From Plasmodiophora brassicae (lineage: Eukaryota), in assembly GCA_036867785.1 (NCBI GenBank), contig CP145410.1:744001-808000 (forward strand): DNA of 64,000 nt, given 5' to 3'. The notes beneath the pieces are model-generated. The model was given only the letters and a program-made list of their open reading frames with translations, ran no database searches and had not been told where the DNA came from. Shown in pieces: positions 21,801 through 34,200 of the stretch. The translations under genes were made by a program, and so were the position numbers. Each line of letters begins with the position of its first letter. Position 1 is the first letter of the stretch.

Positions 21801-24800
21801 GCCGCCCGCAACAGCAGCGCGCTCGACAACGCCCCGCCCCCCTGACGAGCGCATGCTGACGCAGGTACCGTTTCCAGCCGACGGGCGACACGGTGCTGAC
21901 GGCGATCTACGCGCCGACGTCGTTCGCCGCCCGGGACGTGCCGTCGCTGCCGGTGCCGACCGGCCTGGGGCCCCTGCCCGGGTACGGGCAGATCGGCCTG
22001 AGCTGGAAGTCGGCGGGCGCGCCGCCCGCCTGGTTCGTCGTCTACCTGAACGACGCCGGCAAGCCCGCCCAGCAGTACGTCGTGCTCGGTAAGCGGTCGC
22101 GCGCGCGCCCCTGTCCCTCCAAGCGGGCGACGGTGCATGTGGTGCGCCCGCGACTCTGCCGCTGACGGGTGCCGGGCGCGTGTAGGCACGACAACGACGA
22201 CGACGATCACGGTGGCGCCCGTCGCCCATGAGTACACGATGCAGGTGGCCAGCGCCGACGCCGACCTGCGCCTGGGCGCGCTGAGCGCCCCGATCCCGGT
22301 CGCCAGCCTGGCCAAGCCGCCGGCCGGCTTCAAGGGCCTCTGCGTGCCCTGCTTCGACGACGACCTGCTGATCGACGACTTCGAGTCGGCGCAGCGCTTC
22401 TCGAACGGCGTCACGCTGCTGAACACGGTGGTCGGGACGGACGGGACCATGGCGGTGCAGCGGCGCGACACGTACCAGGGCAGCAGCATGCTGGCGGTGG
22501 CGCCCGACGCCGGCCGCGCCTCCCCCATCCTCTACTTCATCCTGGGCACCGCCAGCGCCTGCTTCAACTTCAACCCGCTGTCGCTGCCGTACACGGCGCT
22601 GGAGTTCGACGTCGTCCTGCCGGCGCCGGACGCCCGGTTCGAGGTGCGCCTCATGGGCAATCGCGTCCACTGCAAGCGATCGCAGGACACGCTCGCCCTG
22701 TACGCCCTGCAGGACTACGTCGACGTCGGGCAGGGCGGGCGCGGTCGCGTCCAGCACGTGCGCATCCCGATCACGATGCGCGACCTGAACGCCGCCGTCG
22801 AGTCCATCACGTTGTCGGCGTTCGAGCCGGCCGACGCCGGCGCCCTGTTCCGGTTCGACAACGTCCGCCTGACGAGGGCGTGCGCCGAGATCGCCACGAC
22901 GCCCCGGCTGGCCTTCGCCGCCTGCGCCCTGATGGTCGACGACTACGACGACCCGGTGCGGTTCGCCATCGGGCACAACCTGGTGCCGGGGCCGTTCGAC
23001 GACGACGTCGTGCGCGGCGAGTTCAGCGGCCTGGGCCTGGCCGACATGGCCCGGACCGACGACGGGCGCCTGTCGCTCGTGCCGGAGCGGGGCGCCCGCG
23101 TCTGGGAGGACTTGGCCCCGCCCGGCACCTGCTTCGACCTGGTCGCCCACGCCATCGAGTACGTCGCGTTCGACCTGTGGGGCGACCTGGGCACGTCGTT
23201 CAACGTGCGCCTGGCGCTGAAGCGCGACGACTGCTCGGTGCGCGACGACACGAACGGGTCCATCTTCCTGGCCGCCGTCAACGACTGGGGCGGGTTCGCG
23301 TCGCGCCACGCCGCCGACAGGGGCCGCGTCGTGATCCCGATCACGGCGTTCGGCACGTCGAACGTGCGCCGCGTGCACGGCCTCGAGTTCCTGCACTTCG
23401 CGCCGGCCGGGCGCCGCGTCCACATCGACAACGTCGCGCTCCTGCAGCGCTGCGCCGTCCCCATCAAGACGACGCGCCCGACCTGGTGCACGCTCGTCGT
23501 CGACGACTTCCGCAGCGCCAAGCGCTGGGCGCAACGGGTCAACCGTCTGGGCGGCGTCAACCGGGTGCCGGCGGCGGCCACGAGCGACGGCGACGGCGTC
23601 CTGGGGCTGCCGGCGGCGCCGGCCCCCGACGACGTCGTCGAGTTCGAGCTGTTCGACGCCGGCCGCAAGCTGTGCGTCGACCTGTCGCTGTACGACCAGC
23701 TGGTCGTGTCGCTGGCCGGGACCGGGTCCATCTCGATCGACTTCCGGGTGGCGCTGACCAGCCGCCCGAAGGACTGCGGCGGCGACCCGGCGGCCGCCGA
23801 CCTGACGAGCGCGCCGGTCCAGGCGAGCCGCTGGGTGGTGGCGGCGGGCGGCGGCGAGGCGCGCATCGCCATCCCCATGGGCGAGTTCGCCGGCGTGCCC
23901 GCGTCCAACGTGCACAGCGTGGTGATCAGCGCGATGCGCGGGGCGCCGTTCCGCATCGGGGCGGTCGCGTTCGAGCGCGCCGACTGCGTCCAGTTCCTGC
24001 CGGACACGTCCGTCTCGCTCGAGTGCGCCCGCGTCGACATTGACGACTTTGCCGAGAAGTCGACGTTCGCCAGCAGTGAGTTGCCTGCGTTGCGTTGTGT
24101 GTGCTATGTGTGTGTGTGCTGAGTCGCGACGGTGCCGACAGCGAACAAGCTGGGCCTGCTGCACGGCAGCGACGGCACGATGCAGTCGGTGACGAGGACG
24201 CCAACCGGGCGGATGCGACTGGTGCCCAAGGGCGCCGACTCGTACTGGTACACGATCGTCGGCGACTGCGTCGACTACAGCAAGTACACGTACCTGCACA
24301 TGACGGTGGACGGCGCCGGGCCCGGGTTCGACATGGACATCTACCTGCAGCGCAGCGGGGCCTGCGTCGGCGACCGATCCCCGCGGGCCAACGTCCGCAT
24401 CGGGGCGCTCTCCGACTTTGTCACCCCGGACGGCACCAGGAAGCACGTCTGGGTGCCGCTGAACAGGGTCGGCGCCGCCGACCTGAAGGCCGCCGCCGCC
24501 TTCTCGGTCAGCAACCTGAACGGCCCCGTGGTCATCGGCAACATCTACGCGGCCGCCGGCGGCTGCGTCCCCTACTACGTACGTGTGCCCGGTGTTCGCC
24601 CGTCGCCGTGCGCCGATGACAGCGACGACGACGTCGCGTTCGTTTACTGACATGGGCGGTTCCGCAGATCAACTGGCCGCAGAAGTCGTCGCCGGCGATG
24701 TCGCTGCTGGCATGGCTGGCCATTGGCGGGTCGATCCTGATCGTGCTGGTCGTCGGCGCCCTGCTGTGCCGCCGCCGGCGACGCCTGCACGAGCTCAAGG

Positions 24801-25012
24801 ACACGGACGAGGCGTCGTTCTCGGCGGGGTCACCGTTGGCGGCCAAGTCCGGCGACAAGGTCAGGACGCCGGCGGGCGGATCGCGGCTGTCGTCGAAAGC
24901 GCTGCCCAAGCTGGACCTGGCGCTCGCCGAGCCGAACTCGATCGACCAGGCGTCCCCGCTGCCCGCCTGGCTGAAGTCGCCGCCGGCGAAGACGCCCGGC
25001 AAGAACCTGTAG
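18884..25012 (+). CDS. Type I membrane protein: signal peptide, glucose/sorbosone (PQQ-dependent) dehydrogenase propeller, PKD domain, FN3-like segment, four ~170-aa CBM-like repeats, TM helix, short tail; more than 10 introns
   Basis: VFLTEKDGRI, DRGMLGVAVD, SHHIGDLVWAPDGGLYLTAGDG, KGLRNPYRF, LYVGDVG..WEEIN, NFGWPCYEG; PKD-like FHWDFGNG...GVHTVKLTV; repeats starting LLIDDF / LMVDDY / LVVDDF / VDIDDF; TM LLAWLAIGGSILIVLVVGALLC followed by RRRRR. Confidence 0.8.
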
Positions 25013-25219
25013 ATAGTAAACCCCCTGTTGTCTCGCACACCACAGTCTCTGGCCCGGCACCAACGTGTCTGCCTGCCGCTCGTACAGCAACCCGGGCACT
25101 AACAACGCGTTCTGTATTCATACGCGCATACACGGTTGGCGGAGGTGGCCGGCCGGTCCACTGCCCCCTTCATGGCATGATTACGCGCACCCCGGTGATG
25201 GCTAACGGATTCGGGTCGC

Positions 25220-28200
25220 CTACTCCTGCGGGGGACGACCGTCCGGTACACTGGGGCGCTTGGTGAACGCGCCCAGGACGACCTCGTTGACGGCGTCGGA
25301 CATGATGCGTTCCCGTCGGGCGCTGCTCTTGGAGAACAGGTCGGTCAAGGGCAGGCGCTGCAGGGCCTCGTCGACCAGGTTGAGGTAGTGGCTGTTGAGC
25401 AGGACGGAGAAGTACTGCCTGGCGCTGATCAGCATCTGGTGGTCGCGCGGGTCCCGGAACCCGCAATGGCTCCCGATGATGAACCGGGCGCGCGCGTCAA
25501 AGAACCGCAGGTCGGTCAGCTCCAGGACGCCGATCGCCCGCTGCAGCGTCCCGATCGACGGCGACGCCGACCCGTTCGACAGGCTCTCCAGCAGCTCCAG
25601 GCAGCCGGCGTACAGGTCGGCGATGCCCCGGGCGAACGCGTACCGCGACGCAAAGTCCTTCAGGCGTCGGACGACGACCGCCAGGTTCCGGCGCGCTTCC
25701 GCCACGTCGATCGCGTCGTGGTTGCGCGCCCGGCCCGCGGTCGTCAACGCGCCGGGCGACGCCGCTGCCGCGCCGCCGACCGGGTTGCTGCCCGGGAGCA
25801 GAAGTGTCTTGGAGGCGGCGGCGGCAGCGCCCGCGCCGGCGCCAGCACCACCACCACCAGCAGCGGCAGCGGCGGCCAGCGGCGGCTGGTTCTGTGTGGC
25901 GGCGGCGGCGGCCCTGGGCGTGTCCAGCAGGATCTGCACGAGGTACTCGGCGATGAGCACGTGCTGCAGGATGTCGTCCCACCGGGCGATGTCGGTCCGC
26001 GTCGAGTAGTCGAGGAAGAGCGTACCGAACCAGGCGGACGCCTTGCTGGTCTGGCCCAGGCGCAGGTAGACCAGGCAGAGGATGCCCTGGCCCGTGATGG
26101 ACAGCTCGACCTCGCCCCGGTACTCGCCCAGCAGCAGCGTCCGGCACGTCTCCAGCTCGTTGTACTGCAGGGCCATGAACGCGTTCAGCGTGGCGATGTG
26201 CCGGTGCATGACGACGCTGCCGTACTGGGTGCAGGCCCGGTCCAGCGTGGTCAGCGACGACCGCGCCTGGACGAAGTCCTCCTGCAGGATCGCAAGGACG
26301 GCCTGGCTCAGCAGGAGGCGGTAGCCGAGCAGCGGCTCCTCGTAGAGCATGCGGCCGACGGCACAGTGCTTCAGCTTGGGTTCGGCCAGCGCGAAGTTGC
26401 CGCTGGCGATGTCGAGGATGGCGCCGTACAACGTGACCAGGTCGGTGACGGGCGACGTGGGCGCGGCGGCCCGACGCGACGCCCGACCCGCGGACGAGTA
26501 CGCCATGTCGGTCCAGCCGTGCCACAGGTAGTACTCGCTGATCGTGGCGTCCGCCGCGGCCGCCATGGCCTCGCTGGCGGGGTCGCTGCTCACCGGCAGC
26601 GCTTGCGCCGCGTCGACCGCCTTCATCGCCGCGTCGAACCCCTCGTTGGCGTTGTTCACCATGACGCTGTTCCAGGCGATCAGCAGGTAGATCCGGATGA
26701 TGGCGATCAGCTCGGCGTTCGACGACGCGGGCGCCATGCCCGTCGACGGCGGCATCAGGCGGTGCTGCTGGAGGTCGTCGTCGCCGCCGACGCCCGACAT
26801 GGCGCTGGACACGACGCTGGCCCGGTTGTGGTGCGTTGACACGGCGCCCGACGGCCGTTCGTGGACCTTGAACAGCGAGCGGATCCAGTGACGAGCGCGC
26901 GCCGTCGACACCGACAGGCCATGCGACATGGGCACGGGACGACCGAGGTGCAACAGCGCGTTCTTCAGCGAGTCGACCGCCAGGGCATACTCCTCGATCA
27001 GCATGTAGCACTCGGCGAGCTCCACGTTGATGGCGTCGACAGCGACCGGCGTGATCGGCGGCGCCGCCGCGAACGCGTCCGTTCCCGCCGCCGGCGACGG
27101 TTGCCTGGACAGCGACAACGAGCCAGCGATGGCAGCACGGTAGGCGGCGATGGCCTTGGAGATGGCCCCGTCCCTTCGTTGGCTGCGTCCGACGCGAACC
27201 TGGTACATGATGCACCGGGCATAGTTACGCGCCATCCGCCAGTGATGCGCCAGCTGGTTGTCGTTCTCGGCGCCGAGTTCCTCGAGGACGCTGGCCACCA
27301 CGCCGTGCAGGCGGCGCTTCCTCTCGATGTCGACGGTCGACGCCACCGAGTTCAGGACGGCTTCGCTGGCGAAGGCCACCTGCCGCATGTCGCTGCCGGG
27401 CGGGGTCGCATCAACCATCAGGCGCGCCTTCGTTAGGAACGCGTCCAGTTCGCGATCCAGGTCAGCGTCCTCCTCCGGGTACGTCGCCCCATCGACGTTC
27501 AGCTCTGGGTTGGCGTTCAGCAGGCGGAGCACCGCCTGCAACGTCCTGTACTCGAAGCGCATGCCGATGACGCTACAGACGGCCAGCACGTCGCGCTGCG
27601 GTTTGGTCAGCTGGTCGGTCATGACCCGATCCATCCGAATGTTGGAGTCCCGAGCCGTCCTCTCGCGCATGCGTCGAGCCCGCTCGCAGACGACGTAGGA
27701 CGCCCTAGCGATCGCGATGATGCGGTTCGGGTGGCCGCCAGCCGACACCGACACGAACGACAGGAACTCGGGCGACGGAAGGAATCCCCCCAGCGACAGG
27801 GACACGAGCAGCGCCGTCTCCTCGGTGGACAGCGCGGGCAGGAGCAGTGACTCGCGTGCACAGTTGCTGAGGAACTCTTCGCCGTGCATCACCCGGGTGT
27901 CCAGCGTCGCTATCAGTGAGGCAGGACTTGTCGCGGATTGCCCGATCGGGACGCGTCTCGCTTCCGGAGCGCTTTCGTTGTACCCAAGGATGGCGAACGT
28001 CGACGGGGCGTGCCCGACAAGCTCGTCGATGCAGATGGCCGACCAGGGGTCCAGGCGCTCGGCTCGATCGACGACAAGAATGAGGCGACGGCCGGGCGGA
28101 AGTAGCATGCCGACGACGATCGACAGCAACTGAGCGGCACGATGACCGTTCGTCGAGGAGTCTGGGGCGCGGGGCGACATCGTGGCGTCAGAGGCGGGAG

Positions 28201-31200
28201 GAGCCGGGAACCCGTCACCGTCAATGTCGAGCAGCGGGTTCAGCAGCCATAGGTCGCGTGCCAGGCGAGGGGCCATCCGGTTCGTCGTTGACATGACCTT
28301 GGCACGAAGCGCGGCCCCACCACCGGCGGCAGCCGCGACCGGCTTGAAGAACTGTTTGACCAGATGGCGAATGGCGGTACCCGGAGGCAACGCGTTACCC
28401 GCAGGCGGCAAGTACGTCAAGAGGAACGCTGGCCGATGGGAACATGCCAGCAGGGCGGGCGTGACCTGGACGAGGTTCCGTAGCAGACCAGAGAGACCGC
28501 CCGTGTGCGACCTGATCTGGACCAGCAGCCCGTGGTTCATATCCAGGCGACTGACGACCATGTTCTGGAGGCGGGAGCGCAGGTCGTACCGGCCGACGTA
28601 CAGGACCGACCGGCTCAGCGACTGTAGTCGACGAACGCACGCCAGCTCGACAGCGTCGAGTACAAAGTAGACACGCAGCTGGATAGAGGCGGCAGCGGCG
28701 GCGGTGGCTGTCGTACTCGTGTGTCCACCAGCACTTGGCGGTTGCTGCTGCTGCTGTTGCTGCTGCTGCTGCATCTGCTGCGCGTCCAGTTTGCCTTGCT
28801 GCGCCAGACGGGACGCACCGAGCGGCACCGATGTGTTCGTGGCCTCGGCGGCCGCCATGGCCGCCTCGTCGTACTCGTGCGTGATGATCGACTTCTCGAA
28901 CGCGTCCTGCGTGTTCTCGTCGATCACGATGTTGGATTTGGCGATGGACAGCGCGATCTGGGCGTGGCGAACGGCGGGGCCGATGGCGACCGTGTCCTCC
29001 AGCGCCGACACCGTGTACAGCCAGCCAGGGCCGCTGCCGATCCCGACGTTGCATGCCGACCCGATCAGGCGTGATAGGCGGAGGGCGAACATGAAGGCGA
29101 CAGGCGGGCCCAGCTCGGCGGCGGCATCCACAGCGACCAGCGCCGACAGATGGAGGCCGGACGACGACAGCGATATGTGGAGGCAGTGTGGCTCGCTGAA
29201 CCGCATTGTTTGCAACTCGAACGATAACACGTCGATGAAGCGGCACGCTTTCAGCGGATCCTGTTGAGGCAATTCAACGCGAACGGCGATGACAATCAGG
29301 TCCAGGGCGGGGTCGTCCGAGGCCGAAGAAGCGAACACGCTGCCTGGCGATAGGGCAACCGACTCGAAGCTGCTGGCTGAACTGCCCACCTGGCCAGGTA
29401 GGTTGATCTGCAGAAGGTCGTTGCCCGATGTTATCGGAGCGCTCATGCCCGACACGTTCGGGGTCGTCCCCATAGCCGTATTGCCGGAACGCTGCAGCAG
29501 GCGATGGTTATGCTGGCTGCTATCACCGTTAGGTGGTACGATGACGCCAGGTGCATGGCGTCGCGTTGGGAGCCGAACGAATGGTGCCGCGACAAACGAC
29601 GCGGTCTTCAGCACCTGATACTGTCTGATGAGCGAGATCAGCGTCTGCGCGCCGCCGTCCTGGACGACCCCATCGTCGGACGCGTTTGAGGGTTGGAACC
29701 CATGCACGACGGCATATATGCGATCATCGCCTTCGCGACGAACGTCGACGCGGCCGCATAAGCGCAGGAGCTTGAGCATGTCCTTGTGGACGACGATCTT
29801 GCCCTCATCGCTCCACAGGTGGACGTCGTTGACAGCAGGACCGATACCAATGAACCCGCGCATGGCGTTCACGCCTCGAGTGTTCACAAACACGATATCG
29901 TCGCAGGCCATCAGCCAGCGGAAATCGAACCGGTCCTTGAACGTGCGCTCCTGCAGAGCGTGGCGCATGGCCAGCGCACAGAGCATGGCCTTCGAGCAAA
30001 GAGACGCCTGCGAGGATGTCGCACATGCGTCCCAGACAGCCAGCAGGTGCTGATCTGTCAGCTCAAGAACCGCCCCGCGGAATCGTTCGACACAGTCGAG
30101 CAGGACGGCGAAGACGGCCGCGTATTCCCCGCGGGATGATTGCTTGCTGACCGAGGCGAGCCGATCTGGTATGCAGACACGTAGGACGACGGCCCAGGAC
30201 GTGACTGGTTCCAGCGATGCGGCGATCGCCTTCGACTTCAAGTTCGACGCGTTCGACGTTGTCAGGGATGGCGTTACAGTGTTAGTCGTCGATGAGATGG
30301 GTAGGCAGACGTCGGCACTGCCGGTCGAGCAGATGGATCCGTATGCAATAGGCCGAGGCAGGATAGACGCCCAGGCGGAATCGGACGGCGTCGCACAGAT
30401 CGGCGGTGGCAAGGACTGCTGCGTCACGCTGGCTAGGGATCCCAGCAGAGTCGATCCGATCGTGTAAATTGTCGTGGGGAGCCGAGTTACCGAAGAGTAG
30501 GGCGTGCGAGAAACAGAGGGCGCCGCCGTCGATGGCGATAGTGTTTCCCCTCTCGTGAACGTCTTCACACGCGACAGCGCACTCTGCTTCGATTCGACAT
30601 CGGCGTTCTGTTTCGGTTCGCCATCAGCACCGGACAAGGCCTCAGGCACTTGCTCATTATCGTCTTCAGCTTCTGTGGGTGCGGGTTCCTGGTCATCGTC
30701 TCCGCTTTCAGAAGACGATGATGAGAATGGTGTCATCGGGGCAGGCGGCTCCGTTGACGTGGATGGCGGATCCCTATGTTCAGGAATCGAACGCATGCGC
30801 CCAAGGTTTGGGGCCGATGCGCTCACCGAGTTCAGGGACGGCTGCCGCAACAGGTCCTCATTCGAGACGGACTCATCATCGCCACTGGCGGCAAAGCCAT
30901 CCTCGACATTGGCAAACGTGAGGCCGGTGTTACCCGCCAAAGGATGGGGCATTTGAGTTAACTTTGAGACTTCTGGCAGGTCCACTTCGCTGTCCGCGTT
31001 CACCGCCATCTGGTCGAGGACGACGGGCCAGCGATCACGAATGATACGCGCCATGGACATCATACGATCTTCGTTACGACGTCTTGCCAGTGAGCGTGAC
31101 GACAGATCGCCATCCTTCGCTTCCTCCTCGATGTGCGGATCATTGTCGATGTTCTGGAAACGTCGCCGCAGACGGGCCAAGTAGTAATGATCGTTGCAGA

Positions 31201-34200
31201 GCGAAAGCGCCAAACGAGCATGTCGTCGTGGTCTGGACTGGCTTGTGCTTTTCTCAGTCAGGACGTGAGCCATGAAGAAGTTGATGACACCGCGCGTTCC
31301 GGGCAGGTTGAACTCGATAGCAGCGTCGTCGGCCGCGTTCAACATATGTGCAACATCGATCCAGGCGAGGCCTTTGCACCAAAGGAGGGCTGCGTGCCAT
31401 AGTAGGAAATGCGCTCGACAGAAGGGTGCCCGAGACGAGATCAGGTACAGTTCGTGAACGGCCGTATCAGCTTGGGACAGCAGCGTGCGCCACGTTCCAC
31501 AGCCAATTGCGGCCAGGAGCTCATCGTTTTCCCCATTGTCTCTGCGCTCCCGATCATTGCTAACGCTGACGCTGCCCCGTTTGTTGTGGTCGAATCGGCC
31601 TTGAACGGCGAGGTTGACGAGAACCTCCGCGGCCGTCAAGGCACCGAGAACGACCTGAAGACGGGATATACCATGGACGCGTTTCCGCAGAGACACAGAC
31701 GTGGTGTACGCTCTCCCAAACGCGCCTGTTCGCATCGCCACTTGGGCATCCAGTGACGCCAATAGAACCGCAGCATCCGACGAGGATGCAGGTTTCTGTG
31801 GATCCGCTAGGAGGCGCTCGACGCCAGCGCGCGATACAGCAGGGTACACGAGTTTCTTCGCCATGGATTCGATCACTGACATCTTCGGGGCCGACGTCAA
31901 CAACGCAGCAGATGCCCCAGTAGTTGCCTGCCCGCCAGCCTCACCGTCACTGGATACTGTCGATGGCGCCCGTGCGTTTGTGGGCGCTTCCCCGACAGGT
32001 GCCTCAAAGTCAACGGTTCCAATGAGGACCAAGGCTTCCAGCAGTCTGCTTGCGGAGAGCGTCGGGCTGTCCAAGAAGTGGACCTTCGCGGCCAAGAACG
32101 TGGCCTCGCCGAGAGCCACCGCCGCAGCCTTGACATCGCCAAGGAACATGTGCATAATGCCCAAGTGCTGACCGATCCGAATTGTCACTGGTACGTCGAA
32201 CAAGTCCTCGCGGTAGAACTGCTGGGTGAGGCCGGCGATGTTGACGGCCGTACGCCAGTAACCAAAGGCGGATGCTGCCTGCCAGATTAAGTCCAGGGAT
32301 TCGGCCAACGTTCTGGGCTGGCGCGACACGCGAATGCACCGTTTGGCCAGGACGCATGCCATATTCAGCAAGGCACCATTGTCATAACCGAGTTCGCTGA
32401 TGAGCAGGATCAACCAGGAATAGCGCAGGGCAAGGATGTCAGCGGAAGGAAGTGCGGACAGCGGCGGTGACGACAGCAAGGCTCGAATAGCAAACAGTAA
32501 GGCCCGTTCCAGGTTGCCCAGTTCGCGTTCAGTCCTGGACATGGAATCCCTAAGAGCGGCGTGCAACCCGTCGACGACCAAGTCGAAACCGACAACACCG
32601 CCTGCGGGCGCAGAGGTGGGCAACTTGCATGGAGCCACCGATACGTCAACCTTTTTCGCTGAGTCATGGGACCCGGATACCTTAGACGGCTCATGCGGCG
32701 ACCTGCGGTACCGAGCACAGCAGGACGCTGGACTGCAGAGAAGTAGATGCCCAACACCAAGGCGAATGCTGAGCCCCAGGGCGCTGGCCGAGATCGAGGC
32801 TGCCGAGTCGTTGACGCACGTCAAAGCGACAGTCAGCAGACGCTGCGCCTCTGGCCATTCCTCAGCCTGCATGTGCACATACGCGAGCCGGGCCAGCAGC
32901 TGTGCACGCATCACCCTGCTGTGTTCGCCCACCTGACTGCTGCTTTCGCCACCCGACTCGACAACGTGCGACAGGATATCAAGTGCTTCGGCTTTCATGA
33001 ACAGGTACATGAACTGTTCGCCCGCAAGAAGGCTGAACTTGCGATCCAGGGAAAACACTTGACCGAGCCGATAATGCTTGGCGACCTGCGAAAACATATA
33101 CGCCGACGAAGTCGACCCGCTTTCGTAGTACTCGGCAACGGCAACATGAAGTCTACGTCGTATTGGGTCCGGCATGGTATTGTACACGTCGTCGCGGGTC
33201 GACGAATGAGGAAAGGATACACGCGGTGACGATGATCTCATGTTGGCCAACAGCAGCCAGCCGAGCTGCGATAGTCGAGAAAGTTCCGCTTTGAATAGCC
33301 TCGTGTCCATGTACTGAGTCGACAGCATGCGCAGGACATTCAGCGGGAATGATACGCCAATGACAGACGCCAGTCGTAGAAGCTTGATCTGATTCGTTGA
33401 CAGGAAACTCGTCCGGCGTAACGTCAAGTCGGCGCTGCTTCCAGAGATTGCGAACAGGACGTCGACAACATCCGCGGTGAGGTCCACGCTGCCTCCCTGG
33501 ACGGCCATCAGGCCAGCTTCGTTGATTGCGGTCATGACTTGGAGCGCGGCCAAAGGATTCCCTCGAGTCTTATCCATGAGGAGAATCTCCAAGCGCGTAG
33601 TCAGATGTGTCGCGCGCAGGACACAACAGGCAAACAGTGACAGCGACTGGCGACGCAGCGGCTCGACACGTAACCACTGTGTCGTTGCCACAGGCAAGTA
33701 GAAGTTGCCTTCAGGTAAAGCAGCTCTGGCGAACTCACCGGTTTCGGCAATGGTCTGGAGCGTGCAAATGATAAAGGCCCCAGCAATAGGGTTGGCGGCC
33801 ATACACCCCAGAACATGCCATGTCCCCGAATCGAACCATTGAATGTCTTCGCACACGAGACAGAAAGGGAACGCTTGCGACACGCCGCGGATGAGCTCGT
33901 TGAAGACATGGGCCAGGACCTGAGCGCGCGCGACCTCCGACATTTGGCGCAACGCCGGCTGCTGGACGCCATCTGACGAGTAAATAACGTGCATCATGAC
34001 CTCCCTGAACTTGTTGTAATGCGGTATACGGTTGAAGAGAATGTCCATGATGGTGAAGACACTCATGACACCCAGAGTTCTGCCGTATTCGCCAATCATC
34101 TTCCGAACAAGGCGGATGACCGGGAGGTAAGGTTGCTGCTTGTACGATAACTCCCCGTACATGACAAAGGCACGGATGGTTTGATTTTCAGTCGTCACAA

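Noticed and set aside
20889-24653. 1254-aa minus-strand ORF (and similar 881-aa ORF 15457-18102, 572-aa ORF 25497-27215)
   Set aside because: Arg/Ala/Gly-rich antisense or off-frame shadows of real high-GC3 genes; no motifs
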